A stretch of DNA of 51,918 nucleotides from a virus (taxonomy: Duplodnaviria; Caudoviricetes). The translations under genes and the position numbers were made by a program. Location of the stretch: IMG/VR virus record IMGVR_UViG_3300032318_001383, positions 1-51,918 of that record; one strand, written 5' to 3'. Under the pieces are notes generated by a model, which was not told where the DNA came from, did no database searches, and saw only the letters and a program-made list of their open reading frames with translations. Position 1 is the first letter of the stretch. The number at the start of each line of letters is the position of its first letter. Below, piece after piece: positions 1 to 10,100 of the stretch.

Positions 1-299
1 TAAGTACCAGTGGTTGTGCCAGCCGATAGGGTCAATTCAGCAACAAAAGCTGAACCTAAGCCAGAAGTAGATCCAGTAGCACCATAAACGACGTTTGCTT
101 TTAACGCATTTGTGAATGAACCCAAAGCAGCATTAGCATTTAATTGGAAAAGAGTACGTCCACCAACACCACCTGCACCGGTCATTGTGACTTCGGTTGT
201 GCTGGCATTAAATGTAGCTGCACCAGTAGAAGTGTCAGTAATTGTTGTTTGGAAGCCGTTTTGAGATACTACTGGGCCAGAAAACGTGGTCGTAGACAT
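1..299 (-). CDS. Virion structural protein downstream of the major capsid gene (partial, runs off the window start)
   Basis: Not in the ORF track. ATG at 299 follows a GAGGA SD and reads MSTTTFSGPVVSQNGFQTTITDTSTGAATF..., open to the window edge. Thr/Gly/Ala-rich and next to the MCP gene. Confidence 0.7.
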   Translation of the reverse strand, partial: MSTTTFSGPVVSQNGFQTTITDTSTGAATFNASTTEVTMTGAGGVGGRTLFQLNANAALGSFTNALKANVVYGATGSTSGLGSAFVAELTLSAGTTTGT

Positions 300-311
300 T
301 GAAATATCCTC

Positions 312-381
312 TCATGCGAGTTAGGTGCGGTTGTCTGCATGACGTCTAGCCGGGACTAGTCAAACGCACCGGGGACCCCGG
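312..381 (-). ncRNA. Candidate structured RNA downstream of the capsid gene (possibly Mu-gpT-DE-like motif)
   Basis: Interleaved complementary segments: GGTGCG 324-329/CGCACC 365-370, TCATGC 312-317/GCATGA 337-342 (pseudoknot geometry) and CTAG 346-349/356-359. Lies just 3' of a gpT-like capsid gene. The motif assignment is inferred from context only. Confidence 0.4.
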
Positions 382-423
382 AATACCATCTTTTTACGCC
401 GTATTTGCTGTTGTGTCAAGCAT

Positions 424-454
424 AAAAAACCCCAACCTTTTGGGCTGGGGTTTT
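424..454 (-). terminator. Intrinsic terminator after the major capsid gene
   Basis: Minus strand AAAACCCCAGCCC-AAAA-GGTTGGGGTTTTTT: GC stem plus U tract, ~20 nt after the MCP stop. Confidence 0.8.
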
Positions 455-472
455 CTTCTTGCACCTGGTTTA

Positions 473-1381
473 TCAGGGTGTACCTGGTGAACCAAAAATG
501 CCACGTGGGTCACTGAAGCCGAAGCTGTAGCGCTCACGAGCCTTGTAGCGGACGTTGCCGGTGTCGAAGTCGCCTTCGAAACCAGTTTTCATCGAAACAC
601 GCTCAAACATCTTCATTCCGTTAGGAGCGTCGGTCTTGATGAAGAACGCATCCGGATCGGTCAGATAATGGTTAACCGAGTAGCCCTGGGGAACCATGCC
701 CATGTTCTTGATGGCATTGATGTCGTTGTCTGCAGTACCAACACGCAGCGTGGACTTCAGGATGCGATCAGCCGTAAACATGAGTTCCTTGGGGATGATC
801 AACTTCAGGCCCTGAACAGCGATCTTCAAGCCACGCTCGTCGGTGAACGCAGCAATGTCAATCAGCGCCTGCTCAAGGGACGTCTCCGACAGGTCGGCCG
901 GGGTAGAGAGCTCATTGCGGAGATCCGGTCCGGACAAGGTCGGGTGGTCAGTTGCGCAGAGAGGCTTGCCGTCACCGCCGGTGGAGGTGGTGAAAGCGCC
1001 GTTCAGAACGGAAGCGGCCTTGATCTGCTTGGTTTGAGCCATGGAACGAGCCAAGGCACGGGTATAACGAGCAGCAAGACGGTCGTACAGGTTGTCTTCC
1101 ACTGCCTCTTCGGTCAGGGAGAAAGCCAGTGCGATGGTCTCGTGTGTATACCGAGCCGTGTAGACTTCCTGCGCGGTGTCGTACTGCACGCCAGCGCCTT
1201 CAGCCTTCACAGGTGCCGAGTCAAAGCCAGATTCCATTACTTCCTCTTCAAACGCGCGGTCAGAAGATTCGACGCTGTAAATCTGAGTATGCTCATTCTC
1301 GTAGTTCTTGTATTCCAGACCAAACAGGGCGTTCAATCCGGGCTCGAGTTCTTTAACTAGTTGTGCACGTGTAATTGCCAT
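473..1381 (-). CDS. Major capsid protein (Mu gpT-like, HK97 fold)
   Basis: 302 aa. The N-terminus MAITRAQLVKELEPGLNALFGLEY and C-terminus YKARERYSFGFSDPRG are typical of this phage MCP family. Lies after the scaffold/portal genes and is followed by a terminator. Confidence 0.9.
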   Translation of the reverse strand: MAITRAQLVKELEPGLNALFGLEYKNYENEHTQIYSVESSDRAFEEEVMESGFDSAPVKAEGAGVQYDTAQEVYTARYTHETIALAFSLTEEAVEDNLYDRLAARYTRALARSMAQTKQIKAASVLNGAFTTSTGGDGKPLCATDHPTLSGPDLRNELSTPADLSETSLEQALIDIAAFTDERGLKIAVQGLKLIIPKELMFTADRILKSTLRVGTADNDINAIKNMGMVPQGYSVNHYLTDPDAFFIKTDAPNGMKMFERVSMKTGFEGDFDTGNVRYKARERYSFGFSDPRGIFGSPGTP

Positions 1382-1383
1382 GA

Positions 1384-1959
1384 TTAAACTCCTGCAGTAC
1401 CCGTGCCACCCTTGTAGAGGTGGTTATTCGGGATAACGATAAGGTTAGCATAAGCGGAAGCTACGTCGTCTTCACCAGAAACGGTGGAAACGCCAACAAC
1501 CTTCCACGGATACGTAGCATTACCAGTAGCGGGAACGCCAACTTGCTGACCAGATTGACCAGTTGTTGAGCTACCTGCTACAGCGGTATCCAAGTCAGCG
1601 TTGCGTCCAACACAGGTTACTGCTGCGATGCCGGAGCACTGCACCAAGAACTCAGCGTTAGGATCGTCGTTAACCAGGGCAACGATGCCGTCCTGGACGA
1701 TGCTGCCGGGGTAGTAGTTCTTCCAAGTGGGTTTGCCGGTCGTGGGATCCACGTAGTAGCAGCCCTGGAAAACGCCTACAATTGCAGCGCCGGTTGTGGC
1801 AATTGCCAAATAACCACCAGACAACTTGACGGAGTCGCCCTGATAAATGGCGGTACCATAGTTGTTGGAGATCTTGTACTGCGTTAGGCCTTCGTTGTCG
1901 TAGTTGCTTCCAACTTTACCGACGGGACGAAAACCAAAGGCTTTATTTGTGTTAGCCAT
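1384..1959 (-). CDS. Capsid decoration/cement-like structural protein
   Basis: 191 aa, Gly/Ala/Thr-rich, starting MANTNKAFGFRPV; immediately upstream of the MCP. Confidence 0.6.
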   Translation of the reverse strand: MANTNKAFGFRPVGKVGSNYDNEGLTQYKISNNYGTAIYQGDSVKLSGGYLAIATTGAAIVGVFQGCYYVDPTTGKPTWKNYYPGSIVQDGIVALVNDDPNAEFLVQCSGIAAVTCVGRNADLDTAVAGSSTTGQSGQQVGVPATGNATYPWKVVGVSTVSGEDDVASAYANLIVIPNNHLYKGGTGTAGV

Positions 1960-1976
1960 TTCAGTTTTCCTTTAAT

Positions 1977-2462
1977 TTATTCGTCAGACTTTGGTCCGCC
2001 GAATGTCGTTTTTGATCGTCGATCCGGGCTGTTAATACGCATCGACCCGTGGGCGTTGCTTTTTAACAACTCATTATCGACAGCCTTTAATTGGTCCGTT
2101 GTTCTGTCCCGGTAATATGCACGTCGCTCTTCTGCCGTCTCTTCAGGAATTCTTGCAAGCAACAAGCTTCCCACACCGATTACGCCGGTGTGTCGGCCGT
2201 CATCTACCGAGGTAGAGTGGAACTCAGGGTACTCATCTGCGCGGACGAGTTCATAACCCTCACGGAGTTTTGCCGACACATTGCTGCGGTCGTCAAATCC
2301 GTTTGCTTCCTTTCTAATCCAACGGTGCCTGAAGCCTGGAGGCGCAGGAGGCGCATCCAACTTCGAAGGAGGAGCCCAAGGTTTACGGCGCGCAGTGGCG
2401 GCACGTGTTTCAGTTGTGCGTGAGCTGCGATTTAATTTAGGTACTTCAACTTGGTCAACCAT
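1977..2462 (-). CDS. Conserved head-module hypothetical protein
   Basis: 161 aa with PWAPPSKLDAP...RWIR...LREGYELV...LLLARIP; between the scaffold and capsid genes. Confidence 0.7.
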   Translation of the reverse strand: MVDQVEVPKLNRSSRTTETRAATARRKPWAPPSKLDAPPAPPGFRHRWIRKEANGFDDRSNVSAKLREGYELVRADEYPEFHSTSVDDGRHTGVIGVGSLLLARIPEETAEERRAYYRDRTTDQLKAVDNELLKSNAHGSMRINSPDRRSKTTFGGPKSDE

Positions 2463-2465
2463 GTC

Positions 2466-3413
2466 TTACTCCTTCACGTATTTGGCATATTCCTCTAGAG
2501 GAACACCCAGTTTTTTAGCAATCGCAACCTGGCTCGGCGTGAGCTTAACGGTGCGGCGTGCATTGTTTACCCCGGACGACCGGGATGCAGGCGCAACAGT
2601 TTGCACGGGTCTGTTGGCTCTGATATTTTGTGTCGCAGGCTCTTTATTACCATTAATTCGGTTAGGAAACAAGTCTTTCATGCGACGATCTAGCTCTTCA
2701 TAATAATCTTCTGAGCGCGGATTGAAGTTTTCCCTGGTCACAAGCTGCAAATGAATGCCTTTTACAGCGTTTGTCATGACCACGTCCTCACCAAACCAGG
2801 GGTTCTCGTCGGCCCACTGCTCGGCCCGCTCGTCAACGACCGGCTGGGCTGGCTGTTGGTATAAAGGCTGCTGGTAGACAGGCTGTTGCACTGGCTGTAC
2901 TTGTTTGGCCGGCTGACGGCTTTCCTGATCCTGGCGAATCTGCTGCTGCTCAAACAAAATCTGCGTCAAACGCTCTTGGGCCTCAGTTTCGGTGTCAATG
3001 TCGCCTTCTTCCTTGGCTTTTTTGATAATCTGCTTTAGGGCCAAGGCCTGAGTCTCAACACGGGTCTTGGCTTCTCCCAGGCGCTGGCTGTCCGTCTGCT
3101 GGAAACGGTGCTGCAGCTGCTGGGCGTGAACCTGAACCTGCTTGGCGTACTCCAAGGCCGCCTGCTCACGGCGTTGAGCTTCGCGAAGCTTTGCCGTCAT
3201 CTTGTCGATGCGCTTTTTGACCTTGTCGCTGTAATCGGCAAGCTCTTCTTCCGGCTTGGCCTCTTGTTGCGGTGCAGAAGACTCGGTTTCTACGGCAGGA
3301 GGTGGTACTTCGTCGGCAATTTTAGCCTCTACCCCGTTGTCGCCCTCGGTGAGCTCAACCGTTGCCGGTTCCTCATCCTCTCCAATCTTAAATTCCAACT
3401 GTTCCTGACTCAT
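2466..3413 (-). CDS. Putative capsid scaffolding protein
   Basis: 315 aa: acidic N-terminus, coiled-coil/Gln-rich middle, C-terminal LTPSQVAIAKKLGVPLEEYAK helix; upstream of the MCP. Confidence 0.7.
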   Translation of the reverse strand: MSQEQLEFKIGEDEEPATVELTEGDNGVEAKIADEVPPPAVETESSAPQQEAKPEEELADYSDKVKKRIDKMTAKLREAQRREQAALEYAKQVQVHAQQLQHRFQQTDSQRLGEAKTRVETQALALKQIIKKAKEEGDIDTETEAQERLTQILFEQQQIRQDQESRQPAKQVQPVQQPVYQQPLYQQPAQPVVDERAEQWADENPWFGEDVVMTNAVKGIHLQLVTRENFNPRSEDYYEELDRRMKDLFPNRINGNKEPATQNIRANRPVQTVAPASRSSGVNNARRTVKLTPSQVAIAKKLGVPLEEYAKYVKE

Positions 3414-3422
3414 ACCGCCTCC

Positions 3423-3875
3423 TTACATGTGAAGAATGTCTTCGGGTTTGTTGACCACGCCAATAATCTCGTCGTCGTTCAGAATGCGGATCTCTCCGCC
3501 ATCGATCTGAATCCTAGAGCCCGAATAACGGCCGAAGATGATCCAGTCACCTTCCGCGCACCACGGGCCGGTGGGAAACTTGTCCTGATCCGCATAGGCA
3601 AGGTCCCCCATACGCAACACATAGCCACAGGTCGTGGCCAACTGCGTCTTTTTCTGGGTTTCCTCGGCCAGGACAATCCCGCCTTTGGTCTTTTCCGAAC
3701 CACGGTAAGGCAGAATTGCAATACGCCAGCCGGTTGGCTTGGGTATGCGGTCGATGACTGATTCCGACACCTTATCTGGGTCAAAATTACCGTCGGCGTC
3801 ATAGGCGTCGTCAAGGGTTGGACCCGTTTCTTCCGCCTCCTTTTGCCATTTTTCTTCAAGTGCTGTTAATGCCAT
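3423..3875 (-). CDS. groES: Co-chaperonin GroES-like protein
   Basis: PTGWRIAI...KTKGGIVL...GDWIIFGRYSGSRIQIDGGEIRILNDDEIIGVV matches the Cpn10 pattern. Confidence 0.9.
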   Translation of the reverse strand: MALTALEEKWQKEAEETGPTLDDAYDADGNFDPDKVSESVIDRIPKPTGWRIAILPYRGSEKTKGGIVLAEETQKKTQLATTCGYVLRMGDLAYADQDKFPTGPWCAEGDWIIFGRYSGSRIQIDGGEIRILNDDEIIGVVNKPEDILHM

Positions 3876-3890
3876 ATGGCCTCCTGGTGG

Positions 3891-4082
3891 TTAAAAATTG
3901 TCTTTTTGAACACGGTCTAACAAGCTCTTGACAATGTCCTCACACAGTCTTATGCCTTCCAGGCGGCCCATCATGAACCGGTAACGCTCCATGTCGGAGA
4001 TCGTCCCGGCCAACACTATGGCCTCAGAGTCATGCTGCAGTTTTCTAATTTCTTTTAATACCGCTTCTGCAAATTCAAGCAT
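3891..4082 (-). CDS. Small conserved head-module protein
   Basis: 63 aa (DMERYRFMMGRLEG) in the usual position upstream of phage groES. Confidence 0.65.
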   Translation of the reverse strand: MLEFAEAVLKEIRKLQHDSEAIVLAGTISDMERYRFMMGRLEGIRLCEDIVKSLLDRVQKDNF

Positions 4083-4142
4083 GGTTTAATATTCCATGGA
4101 GTAGCAGACGGTTTTGGCCACCGTCTGAAAGGCACTAAATTC

Positions 4143-4445
4143 TTAACAGATTCTTGTTTTCTTGGAGCGAACTACTTTACCTTGGCCTCTGGAGGTCACC
4201 AGACCGCCTTTGGCGTACGTTCCAACGCCAGGGTTACCCTCTTCAGCCTCATAGGCCCGAGCCTCTGCAGGGACCGATTCCATCATCTTGCGGCCCTCTT
4301 TGGCCATGTCACGAGCGGCCTTAGCCGAGGTTGTCGAGATCTTTGACAAAAGGTCTTTCTCGCCTTCCATTCCTTGCACGGTCTTTTCGCGAGCTTTTTG
4401 AATGGTTGCGCGCTCTTTAGCAGTTGGCTTACGGTACATGGGCAT
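4143..4445 (-). CDS. Hypothetical basic protein with YAKGG motif
   Basis: 100 aa, AGGAG SD, co-oriented in the head operon. Confidence 0.6.
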   Translation of the reverse strand: MPMYRKPTAKERATIQKAREKTVQGMEGEKDLLSKISTTSAKAARDMAKEGRKMMESVPAEARAYEAEEGNPGVGTYAKGGLVTSRGQGKVVRSKKTRIC

Positions 4446-4454
4446 GTCTAACTC

Positions 4455-4706
4455 CTAGTAAATTTTAGTTTTCTTCTTGGCGTCCTTACGAAGGACCTCC
4501 ATGAACGGACCTTGAACACTGCCCCCTGACTTCATCTTGCGACTTTTGCCGGCCGTTGAGTAGGCAATCGCTGCCGCTTGCTTTACAGCAGCTTCCTTGC
4601 TCTTGGGCTTACTGGTGCCGATCTTACCGGATTTTTTAAAAGTGCGTACTAGCTCTCCAATGTTGGTAGAGATAGTTTTTTGGCTGGAACCCTTCTTAAG
4701 CGGCAT
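4455..4706 (-). CDS. Small basic protein (MPLKKGSSQKTISTNIGEL type)
   Basis: 83 aa, Lys-rich, overlapping the portal stop; a recurrent phage small-protein N-terminus. Confidence 0.65.
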   Translation of the reverse strand: MPLKKGSSQKTISTNIGELVRTFKKSGKIGTSKPKSKEAAVKQAAAIAYSTAGKSRKMKSGGSVQGPFMEVLRKDAKKKTKIY

Positions 4707-7092
4707 TTGGTTTCCTTTCGTTGGTCCGGCGAATGGCCTGTTGGTTCATTTGTGCAACCCGCTCACGCGCGATGTTGGCGCGAAGCTGGGCAATGTTTTC
4801 CTGCGAGTTTACCCTAGCCTGGTTGGCTTGTGCAGTCTGCGCGGCTTTCATGGAGTCTAACTTCAAACGCTCCTGGGCGACTGCGTTATCGCGCTTATTG
4901 TCCTCGTCGCGAATCCGCAACTCCTCGGCCTTGAGCGCTACCACCGGATCTCCGCCTTCGCCACCAGACAACTGGCCCTGGAGCGTACGAACCTCTTGCA
5001 TGTACTGCGCCACCTTAATTGCGACCATGCCTTCCTTCTGAATGGCCGAGACCATGCGGTCAGGATCCTTGCCGTACTGCATGTAGAGCTCCGCCTCGAC
5101 GTCCTCTTCGGCCTTAATCCGTACGTGCTGCAAGACATGCTTCTGTAGCTCCATCGCGGCCATCGGCTGGGCCTGCACCATTGGGGATAACCCCATCATC
5201 AGGTGACTTGCAATGTGCGCGTCATGCTGCTGGCCAGCAAACGCCTTCAGAGTCATCCCGTCCAGGATGTCTGCGTTCTCACTTGCCGGGTCCTTGGGCA
5301 TCTGGGTGTTCTGCGGTCGCAAAATTCCGTCAATGTCACGCACGTTCAAGGCGGCATACACGCGGTAGTACGCCTCGTACATGTTGTGCATCTGCGGAGC
5401 AGTCTGGGCTAACTGGAGTTGCGTCTGAGCCAGCGTAATACGCTGCGCAGTCGAGAAAATATTGGGGTCGGCGACCGGTAATACCGCAACCAGCTCATTA
5501 AAATCCTTTTTCTTAATCGTACGCTTGGCACCCGGCACATCGTACGGGTACTCGTCAGGCAGATAGTCCGCAAAGCCCTTGGCGAGTAACTCGAACTCCA
5601 TCTTCTGTGCATAGTGCATGCGCTTATGGATGGCCGACATAACATTGGAGCCCTTTTCCAAGAGCGCAATGGTCGTTCCTACGGCTGCCTGCTGGTTACC
5701 ATCACCAACCTGCATGTCCGCGATGCTTGCTAGGCGCTTTCCTGCCTCGACAGTAAACCCTAAGAGCTGGAATAGCGTTTGCGAGGGCTCTTTGTATGGC
5801 AACGGCATGAGAGAGGACTGAAGTTCCGCGCCTCCCGCATCGATATCGCGCCATTCGCCCGGCTGGATCGGATTATCATCGTCCGAGATCCGTGCGCCTT
5901 TGGCTTTGAAGCCTGCTGGCAGGTTAGAGAGCGTGCCTGCGTCCAGAAGTTGACGCAATGCAGAGGTTGCAGTCTTCGATAGACCGCCGATTAGGTGTAC
6001 AAAGCCCAAGCCATACGCTCCAAGGCCTTCTACAAGCACGTAATGCACGAAATAATTGCGTCGGCAACACTTTTTGTCGCCTTCGACCCAGTTTCTGCGG
6101 ATTGCCAGCACTTTTGCACTGGATTCGTCCACCGTTACCACGTACGGGAGCTTGATTCCGGTGGGTTCTCCGTCCTCGCCCATGTCCTCAAAGCCAGGAA
6201 TGTCCAGATTGACGTGGTACTCAAGCAAAAATATCTCAGACGGAGCCCCTGTTTCCACAACCCCAGTCTGTTTGTCCACGGAATACGTGATTTGGCTTGC
6301 GTCAGCTGGCGTTTCCTGCGGATTTATATCTAAATCCAGGTACTCTCCGGCTACAACACGCTTCCTAAAGTCGTTTTCGTCCATCGCAATACGGTGAGTA
6401 ATGCGCGGACACTCGCTCATGACGCTTGAGCCGTAGTACGGGATGAATAAATCGTCAGGCAAGACCAGCTTTGACACCATCCGGCCTATCTGTTCGTCAA
6501 AATAAACCTTCTTAAACGACGAACCACCATACCCGGTGTAGAAAAGCAGCTGGTCAAACTCCGGTGTGTACTCCTTCATCACCGTCGTGATCTGGTAATT
6601 CATGAAGTCCTGCACGCGGGAGGCCTGTTGGGCCTTGTCCAACGTCTCTTTGCCCAGGATCTGTGTACGTACAGGGCCTCCTGGGGGCATTAGTTCCTTA
6701 AATGCCTGGGCCTGGAACTGCACAATGGCCTCGGTCAGCATTGGGTGCACCGCACCAGCGGCGCCACGGAAGGGCTTAGTACGCTCCTCGATCCGCAGAC
6801 CAAGCAACTCTAGTCCCTTGGAGTACATCATCTCCCAGTCAGAACGGCTGGACTTGTCCGCCTCAAACAAAGCGGCCAGGTCTAGGGCAATCCTTTGCCT
6901 TGCATCTTCGTCCACGACCTCTGCCATGTTGGCATAGAAGTCCACGTCCTCAGCTTCGTCTTCACCGATCTCGACCACGGCGCTGCCGTCTTCTTCCAAG
7001 ACGACCTCAATGTCCGGCATGTCCTCTTGCTCAATCTCAATCTTGAGCTCGGACTCTGACGGGGCTTCGTTAACTATTTTGTCAATGGGCAT
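4696..7092 (-). CDS. Portal protein
   Basis: 798 aa with HPMLTEAIVQFQAQAFKEL, GSSFKKVY, LLDAGTLSNLPAGFK and a Gln-rich coiled-coil C-terminus (P22-like barrel); between TerL and the scaffold gene. Confidence 0.85.
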   Translation of the reverse strand: MPIDKIVNEAPSESELKIEIEQEDMPDIEVVLEEDGSAVVEIGEDEAEDVDFYANMAEVVDEDARQRIALDLAALFEADKSSRSDWEMMYSKGLELLGLRIEERTKPFRGAAGAVHPMLTEAIVQFQAQAFKELMPPGGPVRTQILGKETLDKAQQASRVQDFMNYQITTVMKEYTPEFDQLLFYTGYGGSSFKKVYFDEQIGRMVSKLVLPDDLFIPYYGSSVMSECPRITHRIAMDENDFRKRVVAGEYLDLDINPQETPADASQITYSVDKQTGVVETGAPSEIFLLEYHVNLDIPGFEDMGEDGEPTGIKLPYVVTVDESSAKVLAIRRNWVEGDKKCCRRNYFVHYVLVEGLGAYGLGFVHLIGGLSKTATSALRQLLDAGTLSNLPAGFKAKGARISDDDNPIQPGEWRDIDAGGAELQSSLMPLPYKEPSQTLFQLLGFTVEAGKRLASIADMQVGDGNQQAAVGTTIALLEKGSNVMSAIHKRMHYAQKMEFELLAKGFADYLPDEYPYDVPGAKRTIKKKDFNELVAVLPVADPNIFSTAQRITLAQTQLQLAQTAPQMHNMYEAYYRVYAALNVRDIDGILRPQNTQMPKDPASENADILDGMTLKAFAGQQHDAHIASHLMMGLSPMVQAQPMAAMELQKHVLQHVRIKAEEDVEAELYMQYGKDPDRMVSAIQKEGMVAIKVAQYMQEVRTLQGQLSGGEGGDPVVALKAEELRIRDEDNKRDNAVAQERLKLDSMKAAQTAQANQARVNSQENIAQLRANIARERVAQMNQQAIRRTNERKPNAA

Positions 7093-7131
7093 AATCTTTG
7101 CCTTTTACTTTATTTATTCTGTTTGGTCAAG

Positions 7132-10100
7132 TCAGTCTGGGTATTTCTCAACTCCGCCAAGCAAATCTGCCAGACGGTTAAATCCTTGTTTGGTGATATG
7201 CGGCTGGCCTGCTATGTCACTCGTCTTTACATCGATTCCCCGATTTTGCAACGACTGCAGCATTTGGGGTTTTATTTTTACCAGGTCCGTATTGTCCAGG
7301 TCGCTTACACGACTCCAGTTGCCAGATGTCACAAAGTCCTGAACAAACGGAATGTACTTCTCGTTTGGCTTGGCGTTGCCTTTACCTTTGATCTGCAGGA
7401 TCTCTTGAGGCTTTGAATTAAGCCACTCCTTAAACTCTGGGGATTTCATAATGTAATTAGAAAGGCCCCTGAAATAATCTAGTCTGTCATCGCTTGTAGT
7501 TATTCCAGATTTAAAGCTTGGATTATAATAATCTTCAAATTCTTCTAGATCTTTTTTACTCAAACCAAGACTACCGGGCTGCTCCCTTACAAAATCTGCT
7601 GGGGTATTGTTTCTGATGTCCGCAGGCGCCGTCTCAATCGTTACGTGCGGCTCGCCCTTGTTGTCCCTTAGCGAGAAGATGCGAGTCTGTCCCGCCCAAA
7701 CGTCGTCACAGTACCCACCAACGCAATGGCGCATGGTCGAGCCCTCATACTGCAAGGCCCGCTCAAGATCGTTTCTTGCCAAGAACTCAAGCGCCTCGGA
7801 AAGTGATTGAGTCGGGTCACCAATAAATTCAGTAATCAACTTTCCATCTGGACCATATAAAACAGCATCTGGGTCGTATACTGATCTAGGGTATGATGGC
7901 TCATAAACGCGCTGCTCCAGGCGGTAGCCAGGAGGTAGTTCTGCGTACCTAGGTGCTTTTAGCTCCTGCCACTTCAACTTACGCGGCGAATCCGGGTATT
8001 CCTTAAAGGTCGTGGCCACACGATTCGCTTCTTCCAGACTTGCTTGCGCACGTTGTTGCATGCGCCAGTCGTTAATCTTGTTGACGTGACGGAAAGCCTT
8101 CTCAATGCTTAACTGCTCAAGGTCCTCGGGCTTTAACCGCAAATTGGGAGGAAGGTTTGTTTGCCGAAGGGCGTTTGTTAACTCGTCAATCGTATGCTGG
8201 AACATCTGCTTCTCACCTACATACGGACTTACAGAGTAGACCATCTCATTTGGGTTAATCTTTGCAATCCATGGATTAGCCGCTAGGTCCGGTGAGTTTG
8301 CCTCGACAAGATCCCCTGCCCGATGCGGAAAGAAGTAGGAGTCTGCATCCTCTTCCCACTGCTTGCCAAGATTACTCTTTGAAACCGGGAAAGGAGAAAA
8401 GCCTGCTTTTTCTCGTGCCTCTCCAGTTCTTAAAGCTGGATGTGTATACGGGCCTAGCTGAATCGGAAGTTTGCTTGTTTCCTGAAAAGCTGCTTCAACT
8501 TTATCAATCTCGTCTTCCAGAGCTATCTCAGACGCGTCTGTGTTTTTGCCCTTAGCCTTTGCCTTGGCGATGTCGTCCTTCATTTTAGCGATGCGCTTTA
8601 ATCCAGCTTGATAATCCGCCTGGACCTTTTCGCTCATCTCATCGGCAAGCTTGCGAACAGGGTCTGCCTCGCTGCCCATCTCGGTACGGATATACCTGCC
8701 AAGTTTGCTTTGGACCCAGTTATCAATCGCGGCCAACGGCTCTGCCGCCGTTATTCTTTGTTGAAGTACTTCTCTTCTTACCAGAGGAAGAGATTCAAGT
8801 TTCTCTGGAGTGGCTACTTTTTTCAAAAGATCTAAATACTCAGAGGCATAATGCCCTGTTCCGCTTTGAGGGCGGAGATCCGCAATCGCTTTGTCCACGT
8901 TTTCCAAAAGAACATTCCCGCCCTTGGGCTTGATGATTCCGCCCAGACCACCACCGGTCCAGTTCATAATGAATTCTTGCGGATCACTTTGGAGTTGCTG
9001 TGCAACGTTGCCAAGCGCACGCTTATTAAACGCAACCGGGTCCGTCACCGCCTCACGCAAGTTACCGTACACAGTCTTACCCGCCTGCTTCAAAAGATCT
9101 AACCCTTGACTTGCAAGACTTGGCCCCTGTGGCCCTTGGTCCATGGGCAACGTTCCAACAGTCATCTGCTGCGCAATCTCACCATACTCAGGGCTGCCCT
9201 CCGCGCGTCTAATGAAACGGGTTGTGGAGTCCTTAAGTGAATTGTAGAGCGAGTCCAGCTTCCCTGTTGGTGCCTGGTATGTATACGGCGGCAAGTCTTT
9301 TGCATCCAGTCTTTGTTGCCGCAGCCCGGTTACTGATTTGTAGGCTTGGATAATCCGGTCGTCATCACCAAATACCTTTTTTCTAATGACGGGGTCTTGA
9401 GTTAGATCAATCCCATAGTGGGTCTCTATCCCAGACAGATCCGCAATGTATTCAAAAAGGGGCTGATCTTGATCCCCTATTCTACCAAAATATTGATCTT
9501 TTCCTAAGTTAAGCTTTTTTGATAAATAGTTTTTTACTTCTTGACTAGCTAAACCCGACTTCATTCGATCAACCGCCTTGCCACCATTGACACCGGCCTT
9601 TTTTAAATTCTCAAACAAAAAGTTTGTTTGTGCGCCAATAAACGCTTCTATATTATTTTTTGTTTTTTCTGCTTCTGTTTTTGTGTTTTTATTTCTGTAA
9701 TACCTTTCATTTGCTAACCCCTCTAACTGGTGTTCAAACTCGTGGGCAGCAACATAAGGAACAGTTTGTGCGACATCTTCATCAAAAGTCACTACTCTAG
9801 GATTTTTAGATGCAACAAAGGCATTAGCAGGTTCCTCCTCAATGCTCCTTGGGATTATTTGCAACCTGCCTTCTTGTTCTATTCTCGGTCTTTTTATAAT
9901 GTTTTGTTTGTAGCCAGGAACTCCGGCCTCAAAGATTCCAATTTGTTTTATTAGTTCTTGGTCCGCTACTTCGCCATACTCAGGGCTGCCCTCGGCACGC
10001 CGAATAGGACCAACCCTGCCAAGCTTGCCAGCCATGTCCAAAGAATACGGGGGTAACGCGTAGAGCTGTTGCCGTGCAAGAGTGGATGGCTGCTGGGGTT

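Noticed and set aside
668-1360. 230-aa plus-strand ORF and similar long antisense ORFs over the portal, terL and polA genes
   Set aside because: These are shadow ORFs opposite well-supported genes.
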